A stretch of 64,000 bases of DNA from Nitrosopumilaceae archaeon. GTDB taxonomy: Archaea > Thermoproteota > Nitrososphaeria > Nitrososphaerales > Nitrosopumilaceae. Shown here piece by piece: positions 55,449 through 64,000 of the stretch. The position numbers were made by a program, and so were the translations under genes. The notes under the pieces are model-generated. The model ran no database searches. It saw only the letters and a program-made list of their open reading frames with translations, and was not told where the DNA came from. Within the stretch, counting starts at the first letter, position 1, and the number at the start of each line of letters is the position of its first letter. The stretch covers positions 43,486 through 107,485 of the forward strand of contig SYJQ01000006.1 in NCBI GenBank assembly GCA_005798405.1, given 5' to 3'.

Positions 55449-56909
55449 TTGAATAGATTAGTTGTTATTTTAATTATAGGTATTTTCACCACAGGTATTC
55501 TCACAATTTCATTTATTTCCGATAATTTTGTTGACGCAAATTCTACAAAAAAAATTAATTTTACTAAAACTATAAGTTCTTCACAAGATCCAGGACAGGG
55601 ACATGAAAATCACCAATTAGCACTGATTCTATCACCAAATCAAGGTACTCTTTACGATGGTTCAATTACATTTACATCAAGCGAGGCTGTAGAAATCACT
55701 ATTTTACATGAAATCAATAGTAATGATGCAAAAGGACAATCAACGTGGACTATTGACGGAAATACCATTTATGCAATATCTCTAATTGATCTTAAATCTA
55801 AATCTGGTTCCTTTGAATTTACAGGCGCTGCCTTGGCATTGCATTCTCCAAATTCAAAAGAATTCACTGCCACAGTTAGTGTTGATGGATGGATAAGAGG
55901 ACAACCAACTGAAATAACCATGCAAAAAATTGAAGTGCAAAAAGATCCAACACTGTTATTATCAAGAGCAAATGTTGCTGCAACAATTCCAATGCATGAA
56001 GGACTCTATAATGGCAATTCAACTTTTTACATCATAACAGATTCTAGTCAGCAAGAATATGCTGAAATGATTACTAAAAAACAAGGTTGGAAAGTTGAGA
56101 CTGCTCCTCCAATTACACAAACACCAGAAAATACTCTACAAAAAATATTTGTTTTTAAAAATGGAATTAGAGGAGACGGATTATATGGACATCAAAAAGA
56201 AATTTTTTCTAGTACACCATCTCAAGAATTAGAATACAGTGCACTAAATTCTGTCATTGAAGTAACATGGAAAAAAGGTCAAAATCCATCTATTCTTGAA
56301 TCATCTAACGAGGTCATTAATGCAGAAGAAGATGGGAGAGTTGAATTTGATAAAACTGGCATAGTAATTAACACTCCTCAAATAATTTGGCCTAATGGAC
56401 AGATGTCAGTACGAGCTGATAAACAAATCACAGATGATTTGACATTTAGCGGAGGCCAAATTACTGAAATTAACAAAGACGAGATGACAGTAACATTTGT
56501 TGCTCATCGTGGATGGGGACCAGATGGAAAAACAATATACTACATAGTAACTGATGCAACACCATCTGGCCCAGCTGAAATGATGGGAGTTCCATTTTCA
56601 CCCTCATCTGAAAATCTAATTACAAACTCATCTGCAGTTGATCTATTTCAATTTCAAAACGGGATTAAAGGTTCAGGACCTCTAGGATTTCAAGCGATAA
56701 TAACCACAGTAACCCCTATTCATGAAAAATATAGTCCTATGTGGCGTATCTATAATATTGAATGGAATAATCCAGAAAACGCAAAAATTCTTGAAACAAT
56801 ATCAGATATTGATTCATTCAAAGCAAATGACCTAATTGCAGTCAGTTTAGCCCGTCCAATGAATAGCCATCACATAGTGAATAGCCCACTCATAGATCCA
56901 TTTCAATAA
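55449..56909 (+). CDS. Secreted protein with internally duplicated domain
   Basis: N-terminal TM/signal segment. Two related segments: TFYIITDSS..AEMI...FKNGIRGDGLYGHQ and TIYYIVTDAT..AEMM...FQNGIKGSGPLGFQ. Confidence 0.65.
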   Translation: MNRLVVILIIGIFTTGILTISFISDNFVDANSTKKINFTKTISSSQDPGQGHENHQLALILSPNQGTLYDGSITFTSSEAVEITILHEINSNDAKGQSTWTIDGNTIYAISLIDLKSKSGSFEFTGAALALHSPNSKEFTATVSVDGWIRGQPTEITMQKIEVQKDPTLLLSRANVAATIPMHEGLYNGNSTFYIITDSSQQEYAEMITKKQGWKVETAPPITQTPENTLQKIFVFKNGIRGDGLYGHQKEIFSSTPSQELEYSALNSVIEVTWKKGQNPSILESSNEVINAEEDGRVEFDKTGIVINTPQIIWPNGQMSVRADKQITDDLTFSGGQITEINKDEMTVTFVAHRGWGPDGKTIYYIVTDATPSGPAEMMGVPFSPSSENLITNSSAVDLFQFQNGIKGSGPLGFQAIITTVTPIHEKYSPMWRIYNIEWNNPENAKILETISDIDSFKANDLIAVSLARPMNSHHIVNSPLIDPFQ

Positions 56910-56961
56910 AAAATAAAATCACTAAACGGATAAATTACTTGAAAGAAAATTTAATGTAAAA

Positions 56962-57756
56962 TTGACTGGTAAACTCTACATTGTTGGTGTCGGTCCTGGA
57001 CATCATGATCATATGACATTCAGAGCTAAAGAAGTAATTGAAGAAAGTGATACTATAGTAGGATACGAAACATATGTGAATTTAGTTCAAGATCTTATTG
57101 AGGGTAAAACAGTTCATCGTTACGCAATGACACAGGAAGTCGAACGTGCTCATCAATGTATTGATCTAGCAAAATCTGGAAAAATAGTATCACTTGTTTC
57201 AAGTGGGGATCCTGGAATTTATGGAATGGCAGGACTAATCTATGAAACACTTGCAGCATCAAATTGGAATCCTAAAGATGGTTTACAAGTTGAAATAGTC
57301 CCAGGTGTTTCTGCATTAAATTCATGTGCATCAATAATTGGTTCACCCTTAATGACCGATTTTGCAGTTGTAAGCATGAGTGATTTATTGGTGCCGTGGG
57401 AAATTATAACAAAAAGAGTTGAAGCTGCTGCACAAGGAGATTTTGTAATTGTAATCTATAACCCAGCAAGCAAAAAAAGAATTCATCAATTAGTAGATAC
57501 AAGAAAAATTCTTTTGAAATATAGAAAACCTACAACTCCTGTGGCGATAATCAAAGGCGCATTCAGAGATTCACAAACAATTGTCATGACAGATTTAGAA
57601 AATCTTCCAAATCATTCTGATCAATTAGGAATGATTAGTACAGTAATTATTGGAAATTCATCAACTTATACTTACAAAGATTTGATGATTAACCCTCGTG
57701 GTTACAAATCAAAATATAATTTAGATGAACAAACAAATCCAAATCTCAAAGTCTAA
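56962..57756 (+). CDS. cbiH: Precorrin-3B / cobalt-factor III C17-methyltransferase (CbiH/CobJ type)
   Basis: LYIVGVGPG, VVGYETY, VSSGDPGIYGMAG, VPGVSA. TTG start. Confidence 0.8.
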   Translation: MTGKLYIVGVGPGHHDHMTFRAKEVIEESDTIVGYETYVNLVQDLIEGKTVHRYAMTQEVERAHQCIDLAKSGKIVSLVSSGDPGIYGMAGLIYETLAASNWNPKDGLQVEIVPGVSALNSCASIIGSPLMTDFAVVSMSDLLVPWEIITKRVEAAAQGDFVIVIYNPASKKRIHQLVDTRKILLKYRKPTTPVAIIKGAFRDSQTIVMTDLENLPNHSDQLGMISTVIIGNSSTYTYKDLMINPRGYKSKYNLDEQTNPNLKV

Positions 57757-58799
57757 TGACTTTTCTTAATTGCTTCAAACAATTCTTCACTCAAGTTTAA
57801 TTTTTCACGAATTGGCGAAATTATCCTAACTAGATGCTCTCCAACAATTTGTTTAAGATCAGTTGGATGTAATTTTTTCTCAGCAAAATCAGATTCTAAT
57901 TGATTATAACTTGTATATGTCATATTTCCACCAAATTTCTCAGGCCTTTCTACACAGATTTCATTAAATTCATGAAAGATAACATGTTTTGAAATTTCTA
58001 GTAGTGGATTATTCTTAATATTTGCTTCTTCACACCATGCTTTCTTGATCTTGGTTCTTATCTCATCATCAGAATTATGAATAAAAACTCCTGAATTTGG
58101 ATCTGATTTACTCATTTTTCCTAAAATTTGTGATTCATTTACATCTGCTGGTTTTGAAAGCCCTGGTAATAATTTATGATGAACTGCAACGGGAACTTTC
58201 CATTTCATTTTTGGGAAAACCTCTCTAACTAACATGTGGATCTTTCTCTGATCCATGCCTGCATGAGCTATATCAACATCTAAAAAATGAATGTCAACTG
58301 CTTGCATAGGTGGATACAATAGTTTTGCAAGATCTATTTTTTCTTCATTTTCTGTTCGTCCCATAATAGTAAGTGTTCTCATCGTCCTTGCTAATGATAC
58401 ATGTTTTGTAAATTTCACAAGTTCAGACCAATACTCTGTTTTTTCTTGATAAAGATCTGAACCTAAAATAATATTTGCCTTAGGACATACCAATTTGAAA
58501 GCATCTTGATAATATTTTGAAACTTTGGAGATCATCTCCCAATCTCCACCTAATTTATCATTGATCAGAGTATGCCAATCTGCAAGAAATACGGTGCATT
58601 TTACACCAGCTTTTACAAAATCATTAATCTTGAAACCTGTACTAATTAAACTCCCTAAATGTAAAAACCCCGAAATCTCTAAACCGATATAGTGTTTTGG
58701 TGAAGAATTTGTTTTGAATAACTCAACTAATTCATCATGTGTGACTACCTCTTCAGTAGGAGGTCTTTCAATTAGTTCAACCTTCTCTGTAATATCCAA
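57753..58799 (-). CDS. tyrS: Class I aminoacyl-tRNA synthetase, most likely tyrosyl-tRNA synthetase
   Basis: A HIGH-like GFLHLGS, KMSKS, and LADWHTLINDKLGG, which is typical of an archaeal TyrRS subtype. TrpRS is not fully excluded. Confidence 0.7.
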   Translation of the reverse strand: MDITEKVELIERPPTEEVVTHDELVELFKTNSSPKHYIGLEISGFLHLGSLISTGFKINDFVKAGVKCTVFLADWHTLINDKLGGDWEMISKVSKYYQDAFKLVCPKANIILGSDLYQEKTEYWSELVKFTKHVSLARTMRTLTIMGRTENEEKIDLAKLLYPPMQAVDIHFLDVDIAHAGMDQRKIHMLVREVFPKMKWKVPVAVHHKLLPGLSKPADVNESQILGKMSKSDPNSGVFIHNSDDEIRTKIKKAWCEEANIKNNPLLEISKHVIFHEFNEICVERPEKFGGNMTYTSYNQLESDFAEKKLHPTDLKQIVGEHLVRIISPIREKLNLSEELFEAIKKSH

Positions 58800-58899
58800 A
58801 TCAAAACAACTTCTGGGATGTAGGTCTATAAAGTTATTTGAAATAATAGTTTAGTTTGAATTTACAAGATTTGAAATAGTCAGATGATTAATCATTATT

Positions 58900-59109
58900 A
58901 TGACACTTGAAGAAGGATTAGAACTCATTGAAAACTACAAAAAAGGTTTACAAAAATTTCTAGACACATTACCTGAACAAGCAGTACAAATAGGCTCAGA
59001 AATGATTAAAATTCTAACAATAAGCTCAAAAAATGAGATTGCAAATTTAGAAGCAATAGAAAAGGCATTAAAACGACCACCTAGACATGAATTAGATTTA
59101 TCGAAATAA
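58900..59109 (+). CDS. Hypothetical 69-aa helical protein
   Basis: ORF only. No motif recognised. Confidence 0.4.
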   Translation: MTLEEGLELIENYKKGLQKFLDTLPEQAVQIGSEMIKILTISSKNEIANLEAIEKALKRPPRHELDLSK

Positions 59110-59157
59110 TTAGAACCATTTTATTATTCATTAGTAAATCAAACACAGGAATTAACT

Positions 59158-59508
59158 ATGATTGAAGATAAATGGCAACGAGGTGAACAAAGGATTATCA
59201 AAATAATAAAAAAATTTACAACTTACAAAAAATGGATTTCGTTTATGCAATTATCAATAGAAGCAAAAATTGAACATCAAACATTAACTAACTATATTGA
59301 TATATTAATTAAAAAAAAGATTATTACAGAATATAGAGGAGAAAATAAATCAAGATTATTTTGTATATTTGGACATCATGATGATATTGAATATAATGAA
59401 AAATTTCGAACTTTTACGCAAAAAGATTTGATAAGTAAAGAGGAGGCATATGAAAAACTCTCTAAAATTTACAAATTAGGAACAGATGATCTTTACCACA
59501 AATGTTAA
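59158..59508 (+). CDS. Hypothetical protein with possible wHTH
   Basis: WISFMQLSIEAKIEHQTLTNYIDILIKKKIITEY looks HTH-like. Weak. Confidence 0.45.
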   Translation: MIEDKWQRGEQRIIKIIKKFTTYKKWISFMQLSIEAKIEHQTLTNYIDILIKKKIITEYRGENKSRLFCIFGHHDDIEYNEKFRTFTQKDLISKEEAYEKLSKIYKLGTDDLYHKC

Positions 59509-59592
59509 TGGGCAAAAACTAAATTTCTAAATAAATTGATCAAAGAATATTTTAATTAATAATATTTTTTATAAAATAATTAAAAAATATTT

Positions 59593-59778
59593 TCACTTAC
59601 AATGTTTTTTATGCTTTCTTAAATCTTCTGAAGAATCAAATTCTGTACCGCAAGCTCTGCATTTTTCCTTTTTCTTGTTATGTGCAATTTCTTGATGTTT
59701 TTTTAGTCTTTCTGGATCAGAAAGTATAGTTCCACACTTTTTACATTTCATTTCATTTGAATTTCCAAATAATCCCAT
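59593..59778 (-). CDS. 61-aa protein with two C2H2-type zinc fingers
   Basis: CKKCGTILSDPERLKKHQEIAH and CRACGTEFDSSEDLRKHKKH (each C-x2-C-x12-H-x3/4-H). Confidence 0.65.
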   Translation of the reverse strand: MGLFGNSNEMKCKKCGTILSDPERLKKHQEIAHNKKKEKCRACGTEFDSSEDLRKHKKHCK

Positions 59779-59903
59779 GTTTAGTCTAATACCATCTAGT
59801 AGAAAAACTAGTTTTTTTAGCTAAATCTAACTTGATTCTCAAAATAAACAAAAACCGTTAATTTAACAGATTATCTTTTGCGAATACTTTCATAGGCGAA
59901 AAT

Positions 59904-60293
59904 ATGAACAAAATCATGGTTTCTAAACAATTTGAGGAACAATTTTATAAATTTTGTATTGATAATAATATTCAATGGGATGACAAAAAACGACGATGGA
60001 GCAAGCCATTTCATCCCAAAATAAAAAATATTTGGATTCAATCTGAGAAAGGGGATTTTCTAAATTCTATTCGTCCAAAAGAAAAAGGATACTATGAATC
60101 TAAATTTTTAGGATGGGAACTTGGTGCAATAAAGAAAGAATACTGTTTTTGGTGTGGTCGAATTATAGAAGAAACAAGAAAGAATGATCCACGTTCAGAA
60201 ACTGTGAAATTTTGCAATCCTGTTCATAGAAAGGCATTTGGTAAAGTAAAAGCTGATCAAGAGAAATTAGGAAAAATGTTTGCAACTAAATGA
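59904..60293 (+). CDS. Hypothetical protein with C-terminal TRASH/FCS-like zinc motif
   Basis: CFWCGRIIEETRKNDPRSETVKFCNPVHRKAF (C-x2-C-x19-C-x3-H). Confidence 0.5.
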   Translation: MNKIMVSKQFEEQFYKFCIDNNIQWDDKKRRWSKPFHPKIKNIWIQSEKGDFLNSIRPKEKGYYESKFLGWELGAIKKEYCFWCGRIIEETRKNDPRSETVKFCNPVHRKAFGKVKADQEKLGKMFATK

Positions 60294-60302
60294 ATTTTTA
60301 AT

Positions 60303-60878
60303 TTATAGTTCAGGCTCTTCTAAATTTTTTCTTGGTTTAGTACTAAGATAAAATGCATGAGCACTAATAATGAATGCTGCCAGAAAAACTTTTGTTGCAA
60401 AAACTAAATTCCAAGGTCTATCTGGATCAGGATATGCAATTGATAGCATATCGATATTAGGGGTATTACCTTCAATCATACCTGCAGTGATCGCTGCATT
60501 TAAGACTGTAAAATTGTATAATACCTCATATAGCGTGATAATCACAAATCCTAACAACATTAACTGAAGTAATGCCATTTTCCTACCGACAATTTTATTT
60601 CCTGCAGTTCTTCTCCATCCTATTCTTGAAACACAATACCATCCAATAATTGTAGAAAAAAATATCCACGTTGAAACCCTTGAAAAATTTTCAAACGGTA
60701 TGAAAGTATTTTGTATTACCTCTCCCATCACATACGTTCCATTTTTCATCCATTCCATCATGGTGACATAAACTCCGAAAACAAGACATGAAATCATAAT
60801 AAATCCACAAACATAGAAAATGTACAGATAAACTTTGTAACCTGGATCTGATTTTTCAAGATGACGTTGATTCATCAT
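60303..60878 (-). CDS. Integral membrane protein (about 5 TM helices)
   Basis: Hydrophobicity pattern only. No family recognised. Confidence 0.6.
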   Translation of the reverse strand: MMNQRHLEKSDPGYKVYLYIFYVCGFIMISCLVFGVYVTMMEWMKNGTYVMGEVIQNTFIPFENFSRVSTWIFFSTIIGWYCVSRIGWRRTAGNKIVGRKMALLQLMLLGFVIITLYEVLYNFTVLNAAITAGMIEGNTPNIDMLSIAYPDPDRPWNLVFATKVFLAAFIISAHAFYLSTKPRKNLEEPEL

Positions 60879-60957
60879 GCAAATTTCCTAATTTTGAAAT
60901 ATAAAAATTCATGCCTATTTCATGAGATTTATAGACTAGTTTTAAAGAGAATATCTA

Positions 60958-62046
60958 TTGAAAATTCCAATCAATATTCCATTTGTTGGTAAAGAAGAAA
61001 TCGCGGCAGTTACTACCATCCTCAAAAATGGTGCACTTACATCAGCAGCTAATCATGGAGGAGAACATGTACAAGCATTTGAAAAATCAGCATCACTTTT
61101 TGTAAAATCAAAATATGTCATTGCTGTAAATTCTGGTACAGCAGCCTTACAAGCTGCACTTTATGCTTTGGATATTAAAAAAGGAGATGAAGTATTAGTT
61201 CCATCATTTACTTTTGTTGCTACAGCTAATTCTGTAGTCTCTACCGGAGCTACACCTGTATTTGTTGATATACTCAAAGAAAATTATACTATGGATCCCA
61301 ATGATCTTCAAAAAAAGATTACAAAAAAGACTAAAGCAATTATGCCCGTTCATATTTATGGAAATGTAGCATTTATTGATAGAATATCAGAAATTGCTAA
61401 ACACCATAATTTACCAGTAATTGAAGATTCAGCACAATCATTAGGTTCTACCTACAAAGGAAAACATGCTGGAACTTTTTCTGATTTAGGTTGTTGGAGT
61501 ATGTATCCTGCAAAAGTGATGACTTCTGGAGAAGGAGGATTTATTGCAACAAATAGTAAAAAATTACGAGATAAATTATTAATGATTAGAAATCATGGAA
61601 TGGTTCATGGATACGATACTAGAATATTTGGATTAAATCTAAGATTACCAGAAATTAGTGCTGCAATTGCAACAATACAAATGAAAAAACTACCTAGTTT
61701 TCTTAAGATAAGGCAAAATAATGCAAATCTTTTATCAAAATTAATTTCTGATTTAGATATAACAATTCCACATCAACGAAATTACGAAAATGTGAATTGG
61801 TATCTATACACAATAGCTACATCAAAAAGAGATAAAATACTAAAAAAACTAAATGCTAAAGAAATTGGCGCAGCTTCTTACTATCCAACTCCAGTTCATA
61901 AAACTCCATTTTACTTAAAAAAACTCAAACTTCCCGTAACTGATTGGGCATCGTCTCATGTATTGTCTCTTCCAATACACCCAAAAGTCACTACTAAAAA
62001 TATCGAATTTATCGCAAAAACTCTCCGTGACATATTAAATGAATAA
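60958..62046 (+). CDS. DegT/DnrJ/EryC1/StrS-family sugar aminotransferase
   Basis: NSGTAALQAALYAL, VPSFTFVATAN, EDSAQS. TTG start. Confidence 0.9.
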   Translation: MKIPINIPFVGKEEIAAVTTILKNGALTSAANHGGEHVQAFEKSASLFVKSKYVIAVNSGTAALQAALYALDIKKGDEVLVPSFTFVATANSVVSTGATPVFVDILKENYTMDPNDLQKKITKKTKAIMPVHIYGNVAFIDRISEIAKHHNLPVIEDSAQSLGSTYKGKHAGTFSDLGCWSMYPAKVMTSGEGGFIATNSKKLRDKLLMIRNHGMVHGYDTRIFGLNLRLPEISAAIATIQMKKLPSFLKIRQNNANLLSKLISDLDITIPHQRNYENVNWYLYTIATSKRDKILKKLNAKEIGAASYYPTPVHKTPFYLKKLKLPVTDWASSHVLSLPIHPKVTTKNIEFIAKTLRDILNE

Positions 62047-62509
62047 CCTTGGGAATATAATTGGAGAATTATGCAAGATCATATTACCTATTCCTGAAGA
62101 ATCATACTTAGGAAATTCTGATTCATCGGTAGCGATTTGTACACTTTCAAGTATGGATTTACTCAAAAAAATTTCAAATTCTGACATTTTGAATCATATT
62201 TCAATTGCTGGCAGGCTACTCTCTGAAAATAAAGGAATTGATTCTATCATTAAATATGTCAATCAAAATAAAAAAATTAAAACCATTATAGTTTGTGGAA
62301 AAGAAGTTTGGGGTCATAAAGCTGGACATTCTCTATTTGAATTACATAAAAATGGAATTGATGATTATGGTAGAATAATCAACTCATCTAGTCCTGATCC
62401 ATTTCTTAATGTAACTAAATCAGAAATAAATTATTTTCAAAATGAAATTAAACTTGTAAATATGATCGATGAAGTAAATTTTAATAAAATTAAAAAACTT
62501 GTAATCTAA
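62039..62509 (+). CDS. MtrA-like protein (homologue of tetrahydromethanopterin S-methyltransferase subunit A, soluble domain)
   Basis: VAICTLSS...IAGRLLSENKGIDSIIKYV..N..IKTIIVCGKEVWGHKAGHSLFELHKNGID..GRI resembles the MtrA family core. 8-nt overlap with the aminotransferase gene. Confidence 0.55.
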   Translation: MNNLGNIIGELCKIILPIPEESYLGNSDSSVAICTLSSMDLLKKISNSDILNHISIAGRLLSENKGIDSIIKYVNQNKKIKTIIVCGKEVWGHKAGHSLFELHKNGIDDYGRIINSSSPDPFLNVTKSEINYFQNEIKLVNMIDEVNFNKIKKLVI

Positions 62510-62850
62510 TATCCTATTCTTTGCCTTTCTCGGTTTATTTCATTTTTCTTCTTATATTCTTCAAGAATATCATCTGGAGTTAAATTTAGTTCTAGTGATG
62601 CTTGAATCACAAAATGCCAGATGTCGATTAATTCTTCTCTTGCTTCAGATACATTAAATGGAATTGGAGTTTTCCACCATTTCCAATTTGTAGTTCTTTG
62701 TAGCTCTACTGCTTCATGCATGATTGCAGTACATAAAGCAGAAATTCGTCCTTCAGAATCTTTTGGATATCTATCTAACTTCATAATTTCTGACAGACCT
62801 TTTTGTAGCTTGAATATAGTTTCTAAACGATCTTCTATTTTTTCAGACAT
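62506..62850 (-). CDS. All-alpha NTP pyrophosphohydrolase (dimeric dUTPase/MazG-like)
   Basis: HEAVELQ...WKWW...EELIDIWHF carries the acidic EExxE/D-type motifs of this fold. Confidence 0.55.
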   Translation of the reverse strand: MSEKIEDRLETIFKLQKGLSEIMKLDRYPKDSEGRISALCTAIMHEAVELQRTTNWKWWKTPIPFNVSEAREELIDIWHFVIQASLELNLTPDDILEEYKKKNEINRERQRIGY

Positions 62851-62899
62851 ATCTTATGTGTATTTGTTCATTTGCAGAAATAATCAAACTTAAATCTTT

Positions 62900-63793
62900 T
62901 TAGAAACGGATCATTTTTTCATATAATTTGACCCGTTTTGTAATATCTATTTTTTTAATCTGAAGTAATCCATCTAATCCATATTTTTCAACAGCAAAGG
63001 AACCTAAAACATTTCCATATACTACAGCTTTTTTAATCTCTGATAGATTAGTTGAATTTTTACTGGCTAAATATCCTATCATGGCACCTGCAAAAGAATC
63101 TCCTGCTCCAGTAGGATCAACTACATCTTCCAATGAAAATCCTGCAGATGGAAATATCACATCATCAAAAAACATCATTGATCCATGTTCTCCTTTTTTA
63201 ATAATTACATATTTTGCACCCCATTCCATCATCTTTTTTGCACATTTGATCAAATTGAATTCCTTTGTTAGCAGTTTAGCTTCTTCGTCATTTATCACAA
63301 CTGCGTCTACAGCTTTAATCATTTTAATTACTGATTCACGTTTTGTCGATATCCAAAATTCAATAGTATCGCACATTGAAAATTTTACTTTATCAAATTC
63401 TTTGATGAGGGTGGAATTTTGATCAGGATCATTATTTGCTAAATATACAAATTGCGATTTTCTGTATTCTTCAGGAACAGTTGGCTTGAAATCTGCAAGT
63501 ACATTAAGATCTGTTTTCAAAGTTTCTCTAGAACTTAGTGTTTTGTCATAACTTCCATCATAACGAAAAGTCTTTCCTTCTTTTATGGTCAATCCTTGTA
63601 AGTCAAGATATTTTGATAAAATTTTGTAGTATTCATTAGGAAAATCTTTTCCTACAACCGCTATTAATCCAGTGTCTACAAAATTACTTGCTGATATAGC
63701 TGCAAACGTCGCAGCTCCTCCTAAAACATCTTTCAAAGTTTTTTTTGGAGTTCTAATAGTATCTAATGCAGTTGAACCAAAAACGGTTAACAT
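62900..63793 (-). CDS. PfkB-family carbohydrate/nucleoside kinase
   Basis: C-terminal DPTGAGDSFAGA signature and N-terminal GGAATF. Confidence 0.85.
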   Translation of the reverse strand: MLTVFGSTALDTIRTPKKTLKDVLGGAATFAAISASNFVDTGLIAVVGKDFPNEYYKILSKYLDLQGLTIKEGKTFRYDGSYDKTLSSRETLKTDLNVLADFKPTVPEEYRKSQFVYLANNDPDQNSTLIKEFDKVKFSMCDTIEFWISTKRESVIKMIKAVDAVVINDEEAKLLTKEFNLIKCAKKMMEWGAKYVIIKKGEHGSMMFFDDVIFPSAGFSLEDVVDPTGAGDSFAGAMIGYLASKNSTNLSEIKKAVVYGNVLGSFAVEKYGLDGLLQIKKIDITKRVKLYEKMIRF

Positions 63794-63804
63794 TCTTTAA
63801 AAAA

Positions 63805-64000
63805 TTAATTTGGATGTATAAATTCTCTTGCCTGATCCTCTGTTGGATAAAATACAAAAGGCACATCAATAGATGTAAAAATCACATTATATTTTGTAAC
63901 TCCACTTATTTTTACTGTTGAAACTTCTTGTGAATCTACATTAGGTTCTCTTAAAAAAGTACCACTAACTGAACTGCTTCCTAATGCTGGAAGAACAAAA
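63805..64000 (-). CDS. C-terminal fragment of an unidentified CDS running off the window edge
   Basis: The minus-strand frame is open from 64000 to the TAA at 63805-63807 (...VKISGVTKYNVIFTSIDVPFVFYPTEDQAREFIHPN). No start lies inside the window. Confidence 0.35.
   Translation of the reverse strand, partial: FVLPALGSSSVSGTFLREPNVDSQEVSTVKISGVTKYNVIFTSIDVPFVFYPTEDQAREFIHPN

Noticed and set aside
1-64000. Search by eye for CRISPR arrays, rRNA genes, transposases/integrases, IS-type terminal repeats, and tRNA-derived att duplications
   Set aside because: None found. The only regularly spaced repeats are the ORB-like and TGTTAACA elements at the origin. No gene product resembles a recombinase. 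The ORF-free gaps are short and AT-rich, so a long structured RNA (SRP RNA, RNase P RNA) is unlikely here.

Overview
This is an AT-rich (roughly one-third G+C by eye), very gene-dense archaeal chromosome segment. The gene content includes TFB, TFS, Rpo11, PCNA, a GINS-like protein, Orc1/Cdc6, both PolD subunits, thermosome, CDC48, GGGP synthase and an archaeal class-I CCA enzyme. Together with frequent TTG/GTG starts and several cupredoxin-like or secreted proteins, this suggests a Nitrosopumilus-like thaumarchaeon. That assignment is inference, because no amo genes lie in this window.

I call about 80 CDS, including several micro-ORFs below the 60-aa cut-off of the supplied track, plus one tRNA-Pro(GGG). 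I also call a probable replication origin with ORB-like repeats next to orc1/cdc6. I saw no rRNA, CRISPR array, transposase/integrase or prophage. Most of the window is housekeeping core genome, and I could not demonstrate a clear-cut novel multi-gene system.

The observations most worth a second look are:
- the origin region with a dense TGTTAACA motif cluster and four adjacent small DNA-binding genes;
- paired TATGTAAT/ATTACATA palindromes in front of an hsp20-cdc48 operon;
- a 4-CBS gene split by an in-frame TGA;
- a J-domain protein with HSD instead of HPD, fused to a beta-helix-like region;
- a Cache-HAMP-class III nucleotidyl cyclase convergent with an atypical PII-like gene;
- a RadA/RadB-like protein with a degenerate Walker A;
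- two tandem paralogous ~50-aa ORFs;
- a DegT aminotransferase translationally overlapped with an MtrA-like gene.

All homology statements come from motif recognition by eye, not from database searches.
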